Part shown: positions 8,145 through 16,705 of the stretch, piece after piece
Layout of the letters: each line of letters opens with the position of its first letter
Position numbering within the stretch: position 1 is the first letter of the stretch
NCBI GenBank assembly: GCA_963704755.1
Contig: OY969938.1
Span: 4,020,001 to 4,052,000, forward strand
DNA length: 32,000 nt
Reading direction: 5' to 3'
Origin: an uncultured Chloroflexia bacterium
Lineage (GTDB): Bacteria > Chloroflexota > Anaerolineae > Anaerolineales > Anaerolineaceae
Notes under the pieces: model-generated
What the model was told of the DNA's origin: nothing
Seen by the model: only the letters and a program-made list of their open reading frames with translations
Database searches by the model: none
Program-made: the position numbers and the translations under genes

Positions 8145-9480
8145 TTTCGAGATCAACATCAAGACTACCGACGACCCACGGGGCGTCCAAAGCGCGACCG
8201 AAGAAGCCAACAAACTGACCGACGCGATGGGCAAGCTGTTGGAACGAGCGCAGCGGAAAGAAGAATACAAAGCCGCCAAAGAAGCCATTGCGGGGATGAG
8301 CGACGAAGAAAAAGCTGCCGCGCTCGCCGCGTACGAAATGGAAACGGCCCACGAAAAGCTGGACGCGGAATTAAGCAACGTCGAGAAAGCGGTCGCCGGT
8401 ACTCGAACGACGATTTCGGGGCTGGATTCAGAAATCAAGATCTTAGGGAAAAGCGTCGGAACCTCAGCCGATTTTTTAAGCGGGTTGGGCGCTTCAATCC
8501 CCCTGAGCCCGATGATGCTGCTGGGGCAGGCTGTCCAATCGGCAGGATCGATCCTTGAAAAATCGATCAGCGGTTACGCGGCTTACGCAGAGCAAGTGGA
8601 CGAGATATCTTCCTATACCGGCATGGCGAGCGAAGAGACCAGCCGGCTGATCCAGGTAAGCGATGATTACCGGATCGAGGTCAGCACGCTGGAAATGGCG
8701 CTGAAAAGCATGGCGGAAAAAGGGACGGTCCCCACGCTCGCCGGTCTGGCCAGTCTTTCGGACCAATACCTGGCCATTCGGGACCCGCTCAAGCAGGCCC
8801 AATTCTTGACAGATAACTTTGGAAGATCGGGCGTAGAAATGGCCCGCCTCATGGAATTGGGGTCCAAGCAATTATTGGATTCGGCTGACGACGTTTCGAA
8901 GTACATGGTGATCACCGGAAAATCGAGAAAGGAAGCCATCGATTTCATACAAACCCTCGATGATTTTACCGATTCAGCCTTAGCGCTCGGTTATGCCATT
9001 GCTGAAAAATTATTACCATCGATTACCGCGTTTATAAAATTGTTACTTAACCGCGATGCAGCAAGCGCTGCCGCATTTCTAAACACCTTATTCGAGGGGA
9101 CCTGGCTAGAATCGTCGGCCTCAAAAGCGGCGAGAGCTTCAGAGGAAAGCAACAGTCACCCTCACGCGATCAATCCGGGTGACCCGGATTACGACCCTCA
9201 CCACACGAATGGCGCGAGAGCCAGCGGTGGGCCGGTGCAAGCCGGCCGGCTATACACGATCAACGAAAACATGCCGTGGACCGGGCCGGAAACCTTCGTG
9301 GCGCCGGCGGATGGAATCATCTACCCTTCACTTGGAGCCGGCCAGCAGGCATTGGGAAGCCAGGCCACGCAGGTAATCAACGTGCAATTTAATTACCAAC
9401 CGACCGTCAGCCTGGCAGACCGGTACGAAGCCGAACAGAAACTGGTCCCCTACATCAAGAGCGCGCTGAGAAACCTATGA
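8137..9480 (+). CDS. tail tape measure protein (short, 447 aa)
   Basis: The gene follows the chaperones and has a helical, Ala/Glu/Lys-rich N-terminus. Its C-terminal motif ...GGPVQAGRLYTINENMPWTGPETFVAPADGIIYP... resembles the Y-x-V-G-E-x-GPE-x-F-x-P motif common at tape measure C-termini. Confidence 0.75.
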   Translation: MPSFEINIKTTDDPRGVQSATEEANKLTDAMGKLLERAQRKEEYKAAKEAIAGMSDEEKAAALAAYEMETAHEKLDAELSNVEKAVAGTRTTISGLDSEIKILGKSVGTSADFLSGLGASIPLSPMMLLGQAVQSAGSILEKSISGYAAYAEQVDEISSYTGMASEETSRLIQVSDDYRIEVSTLEMALKSMAEKGTVPTLAGLASLSDQYLAIRDPLKQAQFLTDNFGRSGVEMARLMELGSKQLLDSADDVSKYMVITGKSRKEAIDFIQTLDDFTDSALALGYAIAEKLLPSITAFIKLLLNRDAASAAAFLNTLFEGTWLESSASKAARASEESNSHPHAINPGDPDYDPHHTNGARASGGPVQAGRLYTINENMPWTGPETFVAPADGIIYPSLGAGQQALGSQATQVINVQFNYQPTVSLADRYEAEQKLVPYIKSALRNL

Positions 9481-10991
9481 GATACGGCAGTTTCGCGTAT
9501 GGAGATGGGACGAAATATGGCGAAAGCCCGCACGATACCCAGCTTTGGGCTGTGGTGGTCGATTGGGACGGAGATGGAAAATACGACTATGCCAACGAAG
9601 CGATTAACGTAACGAACCTAAAAATCACGCGTGGCAGGAATTACCTTCTAGCCTCCGATGGAAACGGGTTCGAACCGATCAGCAGCGGGTCGTTGACCCT
9701 GGAAATGGACAACGCCGACGGCCGTTACAATCCGTTCAATACCAGCTCTCCGATCTATCCATACGTCAGGCCGGGAGTGAAGATTGCCGTAATGACCCGG
9801 CTGCCCGGCTCCGGTGAAACCTACCCGGTTTTTACCGGGCAAATCGACGACCTCGCGCCGATTTCGGGAAGCTACGAGCGGGTCAAGATCGTCGCCCAAG
9901 ACGGGCTGGAGCGGCTGGGGCAGGAAATCGTCCTGCCTATCCAGGCCAATATTCGCCTGGAAGAAGCCATCAGAGCAGTTTTGAACGCAGCGGCCTGGCC
10001 CTGGGAAGTGGAACTCGAATCGTCGCCAGACATCATCCCCTGGTTCTGGGCGCCCAGCGGGATTGTTTCGCGGGACCTGATCCACGACGTGGCCGACGCG
10101 CACCTGGGTCTGTTCTTCGTCGCGGCGGATGGGACGGCTGTGTTCTATACCCGTAATCACGACCAGAGCTCGGCCAAGCTGCGGATCGAACAAGGGCAGC
10201 TTGCGGGTGAAGTAATGACACGCTCGCCCTGGGAAGTGATCAGAAACCAGATCGCGGTGACCTGCCATCCGAGGGCAGCCCAGGCCACAGAAGTCGTGTG
10301 GGAACTTTACGACAAGCCGGCCATCGCTCCTGGCGAGACATACGAAACCTGGGGCGTGTTCTCTGCGAACGGCGAAGAAGCTCCGATCAGCGGATATCAG
10401 ACGCCGGTCTCCGGAACGGATTACCAGGTCAACTCGGCCGCGGATGGGAGCGGAACGGATCTGAGCGGATCCTGCACCGTGGTCGCAATCGTATATGCCA
10501 ACCAGGTGCATTTTCTGGTGACAAATAACAGCGGAATCAGCGGGAACATCATTCTCCTGCGATTACGCGCAAACCCGTTGATCTCCAGCTCGGCCAAGAC
10601 GGTTCTATCCGATCCGGCCAGTCAGACGTTTTATGGGCCAAAATCCTTAACGATCAATTCCCTCTTTTTGCAAAATTCGAATTTGATCGCGGATATCGCC
10701 CATGCGCTCTCGCTGCTGCTGACCGACCCGCAGATCTACCCGACGGTCACGATCACCTGCCGGCCGGAGATCCAATACGCGCTCGACCTGTTCGACAACG
10801 TCGACCTGGTCATCGACAAAATGGGCATTCAGAAAACCTACCGGCTGGCGTCTATCGAGCACCAGTGGTTGGGAGAAAACGGGCAGGATTCGACGTCCGT
10901 TTTCGGCTTCGAGCCGATCAGCCCGAATCCGCTAGATGTGGTGTGGACCTTCCCGGCTCAGATCGGGATCGACACGATCTTTTCTTTCTAG
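9477..10991 (+). CDS. putative distal tail / baseplate protein
   Basis: The ATG overlaps the tape measure stop (ATGA at 9477-9480). The 504-aa gene occupies the position after the tape measure. No family was recognised directly. Confidence 0.55.
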   Translation: MRYGSFAYGDGTKYGESPHDTQLWAVVVDWDGDGKYDYANEAINVTNLKITRGRNYLLASDGNGFEPISSGSLTLEMDNADGRYNPFNTSSPIYPYVRPGVKIAVMTRLPGSGETYPVFTGQIDDLAPISGSYERVKIVAQDGLERLGQEIVLPIQANIRLEEAIRAVLNAAAWPWEVELESSPDIIPWFWAPSGIVSRDLIHDVADAHLGLFFVAADGTAVFYTRNHDQSSAKLRIEQGQLAGEVMTRSPWEVIRNQIAVTCHPRAAQATEVVWELYDKPAIAPGETYETWGVFSANGEEAPISGYQTPVSGTDYQVNSAADGSGTDLSGSCTVVAIVYANQVHFLVTNNSGISGNIILLRLRANPLISSSAKTVLSDPASQTFYGPKSLTINSLFLQNSNLIADIAHALSLLLTDPQIYPTVTITCRPEIQYALDLFDNVDLVIDKMGIQKTYRLASIEHQWLGENGQDSTSVFGFEPISPNPLDVVWTFPAQIGIDTIFSF

Positions 10992-11000
10992 GAGTAAATC

Positions 11001-11360
11001 ATGGACGTTATTACAGCAAAAACTATCGCCAGACGAGACGGCTGCAAAACCGTAACCGATTGGATCAAAAAAGCAGCGCTCAGAAGGAATGTCCGAGTAT
11101 CTCCGGCCGTTTGCGACGCCCAGGTGGTGGCGCGGATCGACCACGGGCGCTGGATCGCCGACTGCGAGTGCAAAGGGGCCGAATACGTCGATCCGGACGA
11201 GCCGGTGTTCTTCTGCTTTTCGTGCCTGAACGCCGGATGCCGGGGAGCGCTGCGGCCGGTGAAATTCCCGCCGGCGGAGATCCGGGAACAGATCGAGACG
11301 ACGCTGAGCGAGGAAAACTACAACAGTTGGAATGAGGAGGAGGAGCCTTATGAGCTATAA
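11001..11360 (+). CDS. small Cys-rich (zinc-ribbon-like) phage protein
   Basis: RBS AGGAG. The 119-aa product contains CECKGAEYVDPDEPVFFCFSCLNAGC (a CxC ... CxxC pattern). Confidence 0.5.
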   Translation: MDVITAKTIARRDGCKTVTDWIKKAALRRNVRVSPAVCDAQVVARIDHGRWIADCECKGAEYVDPDEPVFFCFSCLNAGCRGALRPVKFPPAEIREQIETTLSEENYNSWNEEEEPYEL

Positions 11361-11931
11361 CCCGGTGCCCACCGTAGCGACCGGCGACCTGTGGACGGCC
11401 AGCAACCACAACACCTACATCCGGGACAACTTCGCGGCCGGCGTCCCCGACATCTTCGCCGCTGCAGGGGACCTAGCCTATGCGACGGGTGCAAACGTTG
11501 CAGGGCGCATGGGAATTGGGTCAGCGGGAAACAGCTTGCTGGTCACCCCTGGTATTCTCCCGGCTTGGGGGTTCAACCCGGTGTTCTTCGTGCCGGCCCT
11601 GGGGAATACCTCCTGGGATGGGGACGCGAAATCGACCGGAATTACGACGATCACCGCGAACAGTTTTCACGCGAGCATCCCCGCGACGGCTCGAGCCCTG
11701 ATTATTTCCGTTTCAGCGCAATGGAATACGATCTCTGGCGATCCGGTTGTACTGGTTGGGCCCAAGGGTCATTCCGGAGAAAACTGGGTGATCGCGCGAA
11801 GTCCCGGTTATCCGAATTTCTTCTCTGATGCCGTCGGCCCTATCCCATTAGTCGGCGGCCAATTCGACGTCGACTGCCAGGTAGCGGGACCGACAGCCGT
11901 TTATTTAAAAGTGTTAGGCTACCTGCCATAG
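11350..11931 (+). CDS. putative tail fibre / receptor-binding protein 1
   Basis: ATG 11350 is preceded by GAGGAGGAGGAG, and the ORF track's 11332 start is less likely. The N-terminus MSYNPVPTVATGDLWTASNHNTYIRDNFAAG resembles conserved tail-fibre N-terminal anchors. Confidence 0.55.
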   Translation: MSYNPVPTVATGDLWTASNHNTYIRDNFAAGVPDIFAAAGDLAYATGANVAGRMGIGSAGNSLLVTPGILPAWGFNPVFFVPALGNTSWDGDAKSTGITTITANSFHASIPATARALIISVSAQWNTISGDPVVLVGPKGHSGENWVIARSPGYPNFFSDAVGPIPLVGGQFDVDCQVAGPTAVYLKVLGYLP

Positions 11932-11939
11932 GAGGAAGA

Positions 11940-12677
11940 ATGCCTTCAAATTACCCCTCTTCCCCGGATATTTTCACCAGCAAGATCGACAACTTCGACG
12001 ACGTGATGGCGGCCGACATCAACAATTTGCAGGACGCGGTTGCCGCAATCCAAAGCCTGTTAGGGGCGCCTCCCCTGGGATACTACCAAATCGCCGCCAG
12101 CGGGACTTACGTGAATGCGACGAGCTTTACTATTCCCGGGAACCTCACCGTCTTCTTGGCCGGATTTGCAAAATTTCGTTGTGCGAACAGCGGAACAAAA
12201 TATGGCCATATCTTGTCGAGTTCCTATAATGCGGGAACGAATTTGACCACTGCTAATTTGGTTCCAAACTCGAATTTCAGTTTGACCAGTGCGGCGATAA
12301 CCAATATTGATATCAGTTATGGCAACCCGCCAGATTTTCCGAAGCGTTTCAGTTGGACTCCTGCGTTCAGTGGATTTTCTGGCGCAGTTTCTGGAACAAG
12401 CGCCTTCAGTATCAGTAACGGGAACTGTCACATCATTATGGACGTTGCCGGTCCGAGCAACGCTACTACGTTTACGGTGACCCTTCCGATAGTTCCTGGA
12501 ATCAACGGGAACATTCTCGTTCGGGTATTGGATAACTCTGCGATAGGTGCGAACACAGGTCTTCTCGGTATAACCAATGGCAACTTGACTGCAAACGTTT
12601 ATCCATTGTTAGGTGGTGGTTCATGGACAACATCGAACAATAAAGGATTTCTGCTGGATGGATTCTATGGAATATAA
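11940..12677 (+). CDS. putative tail fibre / receptor-binding protein 2
   Basis: RBS AGGAGG. The N-terminus MPSNYPSSPDIFTSKIDNFDDVMAADINNLQDAVAAIQSLLG matches the common prophage tail-fibre N-terminal motif. The rest of the gene has clearly lower GC. Confidence 0.6.
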   Translation: MPSNYPSSPDIFTSKIDNFDDVMAADINNLQDAVAAIQSLLGAPPLGYYQIAASGTYVNATSFTIPGNLTVFLAGFAKFRCANSGTKYGHILSSSYNAGTNLTTANLVPNSNFSLTSAAITNIDISYGNPPDFPKRFSWTPAFSGFSGAVSGTSAFSISNGNCHIIMDVAGPSNATTFTVTLPIVPGINGNILVRVLDNSAIGANTGLLGITNGNLTANVYPLLGGGSWTTSNNKGFLLDGFYGI

Positions 12678-12959
12678 AAATAATTCTTGTCTTAGCATAA
12701 CGTATAAAGCAGGCACACCGTAAATTGGGATTCACAGGTAAGCTGGATCGTCGTCTGTCTAATCGGCATTTTTCCACTCTCCAGTATCAAAAAAACAAAG
12801 ATGTTGCGAATTTTTCGTCTCGCCCCCAATAATGTTTAAAAGCGAAGGCCAGACCTGCCAGGGCCTGGCCCTCTCACCAACCGACTGCACGCACAGCCGG
12901 TAGGCTTCGAATGTTAAAGAAAATTCAATCTCACGACGATCAAAAAAACTGGGCAAAAG

Positions 12960-13034
12960 TGGGCGCGAGAGGGCTCGAACCTCCGAACCTCACGGATGTG
13001 AACCGTGCGCTCTGACCAACTGAGCTACGCGCCC
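12960..13034 (-). tRNA. tRNA-Val (anticodon CAC)
   Basis: The reverse complement is GGGCGCGTAGCTCAGTTGGTCAGAGCGCACGGTTCACATCCGTGAGGTTCGGAGGTTCGAGCCCTCTCGCGCCCA. It folds into a cloverleaf: acceptor GGGCGCG/CGCGCCC, D stem GCTC/GAGC, anticodon stem CACGG/CCGTG with loop TTCACAT, T stem GGAGG/CCTCT and T loop TTCGAGC, with discriminator A. CCA is not encoded. The variable loop looks 6 nt long, which is slightly unusual. Confidence 0.85.
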
Positions 13035-13045
13035 GTAGTGGCGTG

Positions 13046-13074
13046 ATTATAGCAGACCTACCCCGCTTTGACAA
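13046..13074 (-). promoter_or_regulatory. sigma-70-type promoter for tRNA-Val
   Basis: On the minus strand: TTGTCA (13074-13069), a 17-nt spacer, then TATAAT (13051-13046). The tRNA 5' end lies 11 nt downstream of the -10 box. Confidence 0.6.
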
Positions 13075-13080
13075 GATTTT

Positions 13081-13851
13081 TCAGCCGAACCGGCCGGTGA
13101 CGTAATCCTGGGTTTCTTTCACTTTCGGGTTGATGAATAACTGTTTGCTCTCGCCGTATTCAACCAGGCGGCCCTGCAAGAAAAAAGCGGCGTAATCGGC
13201 CATGCGGGCGGCCTGCTGGACGTTGTGCGGCACCAGCACGACCGTGAATTTCTCACGCAGGTCCAGTAACAAACCTTCGATCCGGGCGGTCGAGACCGGG
13301 TCCAGGGCCGAGGTCGGCTCGTCCAGCAAGATCACCTCGGGTTCCAGGGCGAACACCCGCGCCAGGCACAGGCGCTGCTGTTGACCGCCCGAAATCGCGC
13401 TGGCCGGGTCGTTCAAGCGGTCATAGACCTCGTCCCACAGCGCGGCCAGGCGCAGAGCGTGTTCGACCGCTTCATCCAGGCGGGATTTTCGTTTTTCACC
13501 GGCAAGTTGCAGACCATAAGCCACGTTGCCATAAATCGTCAGCGGCAGGGTTACCGGGCGGGAAAAGACCATCCCAACCTTACGGCGCAGGGCGATCACG
13601 TCCGTTTTCGGGTCGAGAATGTTTTCCCCGTGGAAAAGGACTTTCCCCGAGAGGTGTGCCACGTCGGCCAGGTCGTTCAACCGGTTCATCGCCCGCAGCA
13701 GGGATGATTTTCCACCCCCGGCCGGGCCAAACAAAACGTTGACCGCGTTGGCGACGATCTTTAAATCAATATCGTGCAGGCTTTCGACCCCATCCGAGTA
13801 AGTCAGGTTTAGTTTTTGAATATCTATCCGGGTTTCCATAGCGGTCACCAT
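13081..13851 (-). CDS. pstB: phosphate ABC transporter ATP-binding protein
   Basis: The product has Walker A GPAGGGKSS, the signature SGGQQQRL and Walker B ILLDEPTSALD, with PstB-typical length and context after pstA. The ATG overlaps the pstA stop (ATGGTGA). An alternative ATG exists at 13839. Confidence 0.93.
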   Translation of the reverse strand: MVTAMETRIDIQKLNLTYSDGVESLHDIDLKIVANAVNVLFGPAGGGKSSLLRAMNRLNDLADVAHLSGKVLFHGENILDPKTDVIALRRKVGMVFSRPVTLPLTIYGNVAYGLQLAGEKRKSRLDEAVEHALRLAALWDEVYDRLNDPASAISGGQQQRLCLARVFALEPEVILLDEPTSALDPVSTARIEGLLLDLREKFTVVLVPHNVQQAARMADYAAFFLQGRLVEYGESKQLFINPKVKETQDYVTGRFG

Positions 13852-14708
13852 TGGCGGCGGGCGCGGGCCCGGTTGCGGATGAGGGTGGCGATCAAATTCA
13901 TGCCTAGAACGAACACCAACAGCACCAGCACGGTGCCGTATTGGATCTGCACCGGCATACCCGGCACCGAGGTGGAGATCACAAAGATGTGATAGGGCAG
14001 GGCCATGGTCGCGTCCAAAGGCGAGGAGGGCAGGCGCGGCAAAAAGAAAGTCGCCCCGGTGAACAGGATTGGGGCAGTCTCGCCGGCGGCCCGTTCCAGG
14101 CCCAGGATGATCCCGGTGACCACACCCGGCATGGCCTGGGGCAACGTGATCCGCCAGATGGTCTGCAAACGCGAGCCGCCCAATGAAGTGCTGACGACTC
14201 GGAACGAGTTGGGTACCGAGCGCAGGGCCTCTTCGGTGGTGCTGATAATGACCGGCAGGGTCATGATCGCGAGGGTCAGCGAAGCCGAGAGGATACTGGT
14301 GCCAAAATGCAGGAACAGCACAAATAAACCCAGGCCAAACAAACCATACACCACCGAGGGGATACCGGCCAGGTTGGTGATGGCAATGCGGATCAGGCGG
14401 GTGGCGCGGTTATCGGCGGAGTATTCGGCAATATAAATTCCGCCGGCTACCCCCAGCGGCACGGCGAAGATGGCAGTGCCCAGGGTCAGGTAAAACGTGC
14501 CCAGGATGGCCGGAAAGATGCCCCCGGCGCGCATCCCGTCACGCGGCATGCTCGAAATGAATTCCCAGGAAATGCTGGGGATGCCCCGTACCAGGATGTA
14601 CACGATCACTGCAATGACCGGCAGCGCCGTCAGGAAGGTGATCAACCGGAGCAGGTTGAAGCCGATCTTTTCGTTGCGTTGGGCGTTGTGGGTTTTGCTG
14701 ATTTCCAT
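13845..14708 (-). CDS. pstA: phosphate ABC transporter permease
   Basis: 287-aa multi-TM permease with an EAA-like motif (...LGLERAAGETAPILFTG...), located between pstC and pstB. Confidence 0.9.
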   Translation of the reverse strand: MEISKTHNAQRNEKIGFNLLRLITFLTALPVIAVIVYILVRGIPSISWEFISSMPRDGMRAGGIFPAILGTFYLTLGTAIFAVPLGVAGGIYIAEYSADNRATRLIRIAITNLAGIPSVVYGLFGLGLFVLFLHFGTSILSASLTLAIMTLPVIISTTEEALRSVPNSFRVVSTSLGGSRLQTIWRITLPQAMPGVVTGIILGLERAAGETAPILFTGATFFLPRLPSSPLDATMALPYHIFVISTSVPGMPVQIQYGTVLVLLVFVLGMNLIATLIRNRARARRQW

Positions 14709-14719
14709 CGCGGCGGTCC

Positions 14720-15616
14720 TTAAGAGAGCAGGCGTTCAGCGCGTTTGCGGCTGCGCAGGGTGAGCGAAGAGGCCAGCACGTTGACCCCCAGTGAAAGCAA
14801 GAATAAGACGATGCCGATGAAGAACAACACGTGGTAATGCGGTGACCCGGTAGCCACTTCACCCATCTCCGAGGCGATCGTCGCGGTCATGGTCCGTAAG
14901 GGCAGGAAGAGCGCGTTCAGGCCGTGTGGCAGCACCGGCGCGTTGCCGGTGACCATCATCACCGCCATGGTCTCGCCAATCGCCCGGCCGACTCCCAGCA
15001 TGATCGCGGTCAACAGCCCGGATTTGGCTGCCGGAACGGTCACGCCCCAAATGGCCTGCCAGCGGGTGGCCCCCAGGGCCAGCGCACCGTGACGGTAGTT
15101 GGGCGGCACCGTGTTAAGCGCGTCCTCGGCGATGGAAACGATGGTCGGGATGGCGATGAAACCTAGCAGTACCGCCCCGGTAAAACCGGTCAGCCCGGTC
15201 GGCAAATTCAAGGCCGTGCGGAAGAACGGCGCAACCAGCTCGATGCCCAGGAAGCCAAGCACCACCGAGGGCAGCCCGGCCAGCACCTCGATAATCGGCT
15301 TGAGCAGGTTTTTAATCCACAAGGGGGCTACTTCCGAAAGATATACCGCTGTGCCTACCCCAAACGGCACCGCAATCACAATCGCGCCTACCGTGACCAG
15401 GATCGACCCGGTCAGCAAAGGCAAAATGCCGAAATAATCTTCAATGGGGTACCAGGTGGAACCGAATAAATTGGCCAGGCTGGTATCCCCCAGGGCAGGC
15501 AGGCCTTCGCGCAGCAGAAAGATCAGGATGAGCGCCAGGAACAGGATCGACGAATAGCCCGTGATCTTGATCAGCAAGGTTATCCAGGTTTCTGGTTTAC
15601 GAAAATCCCATTCCAT
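14720..15616 (-). CDS. pstC: phosphate ABC transporter permease
   Basis: Multi-TM permease (...GVGRAIGETMAVMMVTGN...). The start at MEWDFRK (ATG 15616) follows GGGAGG and lies just downstream of the pstS stop. The ORF track's start at 15655 would overlap pstS by 35 nt. Confidence 0.88.
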   Translation of the reverse strand: MEWDFRKPETWITLLIKITGYSSILFLALILIFLLREGLPALGDTSLANLFGSTWYPIEDYFGILPLLTGSILVTVGAIVIAVPFGVGTAVYLSEVAPLWIKNLLKPIIEVLAGLPSVVLGFLGIELVAPFFRTALNLPTGLTGFTGAVLLGFIAIPTIVSIAEDALNTVPPNYRHGALALGATRWQAIWGVTVPAAKSGLLTAIMLGVGRAIGETMAVMMVTGNAPVLPHGLNALFLPLRTMTATIASEMGEVATGSPHYHVLFFIGIVLFLLSLGVNVLASSLTLRSRKRAERLLS

Positions 15617-15620
15617 CGCC

Positions 15621-16508
15621 TTAGCCTCCCGACCCATCCGCGTGAATGGGTACAAAGCCCAGGTGGGTAACGATGTCCTGCGCCTCCGGCGAGGTCATCC
15701 AGTCCAGGTAGGCTTTGACCGCCTCGCTCGGGTTTTGGGAGGTATAAACGTACAAATCGCGGGAGATGGGATATTGGTTCTGGTTCACGGTCTCCGGAGA
15801 TGGCAGTACATACGGCCCGGCGGCATCCGAGGCGACCGCGATCACCTTGACTCCATCGGTCACATACCCCAGACCGTCGTAGCCAATCGCGTTGGGGTTC
15901 TCGCTGACCTCGGAAATGATGCCCTCCGAGGAAGGCAGCAGCAGGGTATCCCGCGAGAAAATGACCTTACTGTCCGGGTTGCCCAGGCGGATAACCAACT
16001 CCAGAAAATAAACGTGCGTTCCGGAATTGGTCTCGCGTGACAGGCGCACGATCGGCCGGTTATCACCCCCTAGTTCCGACCAGTTGTTGATTTCACCCCG
16101 GTAGATCATCGAGATCTGCTCCAGGGTCAGGTGATCGATGGGATTATGCGGGTTAACGATCACCGCAATGGCATCCCGCGCAATGACATGTTCCTGTGGC
16201 TCGATCCCATTCTTCTCGGCAGCCGCCACTTCTTCGGTGCTGATCTGGCGGGATGCGTTAGCGATATCCACCGTGCCAGAGATCAGGGCGCTCAATCCGG
16301 TGCCCGAGCCGCCGCCTGTGACCGAAATTTGCACAGCCGGGTTCAGCGCGGAGTATCGTTCGGCCCAGGCCAGGGCCAGGTTGACGATCGTGTCCGAACC
16401 TGAGTTTTGGATATAAGCGTTTGGTGACGAGCCAGAGACAGATCGGGAAGAACAGGAGCTGAGTATGAACGGGATAAGGATAAAGAAGGCAACCCAGCAG
16501 CGTTTCAT
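15621..16508 (-). CDS. pstS: phosphate-binding lipoprotein, PstS family
   Basis: Signal peptide with lipobox (MKRCWVAFFILIPFILSSC) and a PBP fold with the ...VTGGGSGTGLSALISGTVDIANASR... motif. It is the first gene of the pstSCAB operon. Confidence 0.9.
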   Translation of the reverse strand: MKRCWVAFFILIPFILSSCSSRSVSGSSPNAYIQNSGSDTIVNLALAWAERYSALNPAVQISVTGGGSGTGLSALISGTVDIANASRQISTEEVAAAEKNGIEPQEHVIARDAIAVIVNPHNPIDHLTLEQISMIYRGEINNWSELGGDNRPIVRLSRETNSGTHVYFLELVIRLGNPDSKVIFSRDTLLLPSSEGIISEVSENPNAIGYDGLGYVTDGVKVIAVASDAAGPYVLPSPETVNQNQYPISRDLYVYTSQNPSEAVKAYLDWMTSPEAQDIVTHLGFVPIHADGSGG

Positions 16509-16535
16509 AAACAGGGTAGATTATAAACGATATTT

Positions 16536-16646
16536 GTAGCTGCTCGGGCCATCGTTATAAAGTTACCGAATTTGAGGTGTGTGCGAGGGTGAAGCCCTCG
16601 CACACACCTCAAATTCGGTTTTTAACCCGTTAAGCCGGGCAGCATG
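16536..16646. repeat. modular palindromic element, copy A (core type I)
   Basis: Outer repeats are GTAGCTGCTCGGG (16536-16548) and CCGGGCAGCATG (16635-16646). The spacers are 16 and 15 nt. The core hairpin spans 16565-16619: ACCGAATTTGAGGTGTGTGCGAGGG, loop tgaag, CCCTCGCACACACCTCAAATTCGGT (25 perfect bp). Confidence 0.8.
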
Positions 16647-16688
16647 TCCAAAGAGTTTTTGTTGCCAATGCAAATTTTCAGATTGTGT

Positions 16689-16705
16689 TACAATCCCGGC
16701 CAATG
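16689..16705 (+). promoter_or_regulatory. extended -10 (TGTTACAAT) placed 8 nt before the ATG; near-leaderless start
   Basis: The sequence reads TGT-TACAAT (16689-16694), then cccggcca, then ATG at 16703. No Shine-Dalgarno sequence is present. Confidence 0.4.

Noticed and set aside
352-11409. Many long antisense or alternative-frame ORFs in the prophage (e.g. 352-1038 -, 1974-2918 -, 2925-3614 -, 4676-5272 -, 6275-7189 -, 9648-10511 -, 7452-8144 N-terminal part).
   Set aside because: Their products are Arg/Gly/Pro/His-rich low-complexity strings typical of shadow frames in ~63% GC DNA. Each is fully overlapped by a + strand gene with a recognisable phage product and RBS.
12502-12956. Minus-strand ORFs 12502-12777 and 12759-12956 between the fibre gene and the tRNA (possible excisionase or small regulator).
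   Set aside because: The region is AT-rich. The second ORF starts with TTG and has no RBS, the sequences are featureless, and the first overlaps the fibre gene's 3' end. They are more likely att-flanking non-coding DNA.
11350-12959. Diversity-generating retroelement acting on the tail fibres.
   Set aside because: There is no reverse transcriptase gene and no template/variable repeat pair visible in or after the fibre genes. The 3' spacer has no similarity to the fibre C-terminus.
12678-12959. Copy of the tRNA-Val 3' end (att repeat) within the window.
   Set aside because: I could not find a second copy of the tRNA 3' segment by eye in this spacer. The partner repeat, if any, must lie beyond the left edge.
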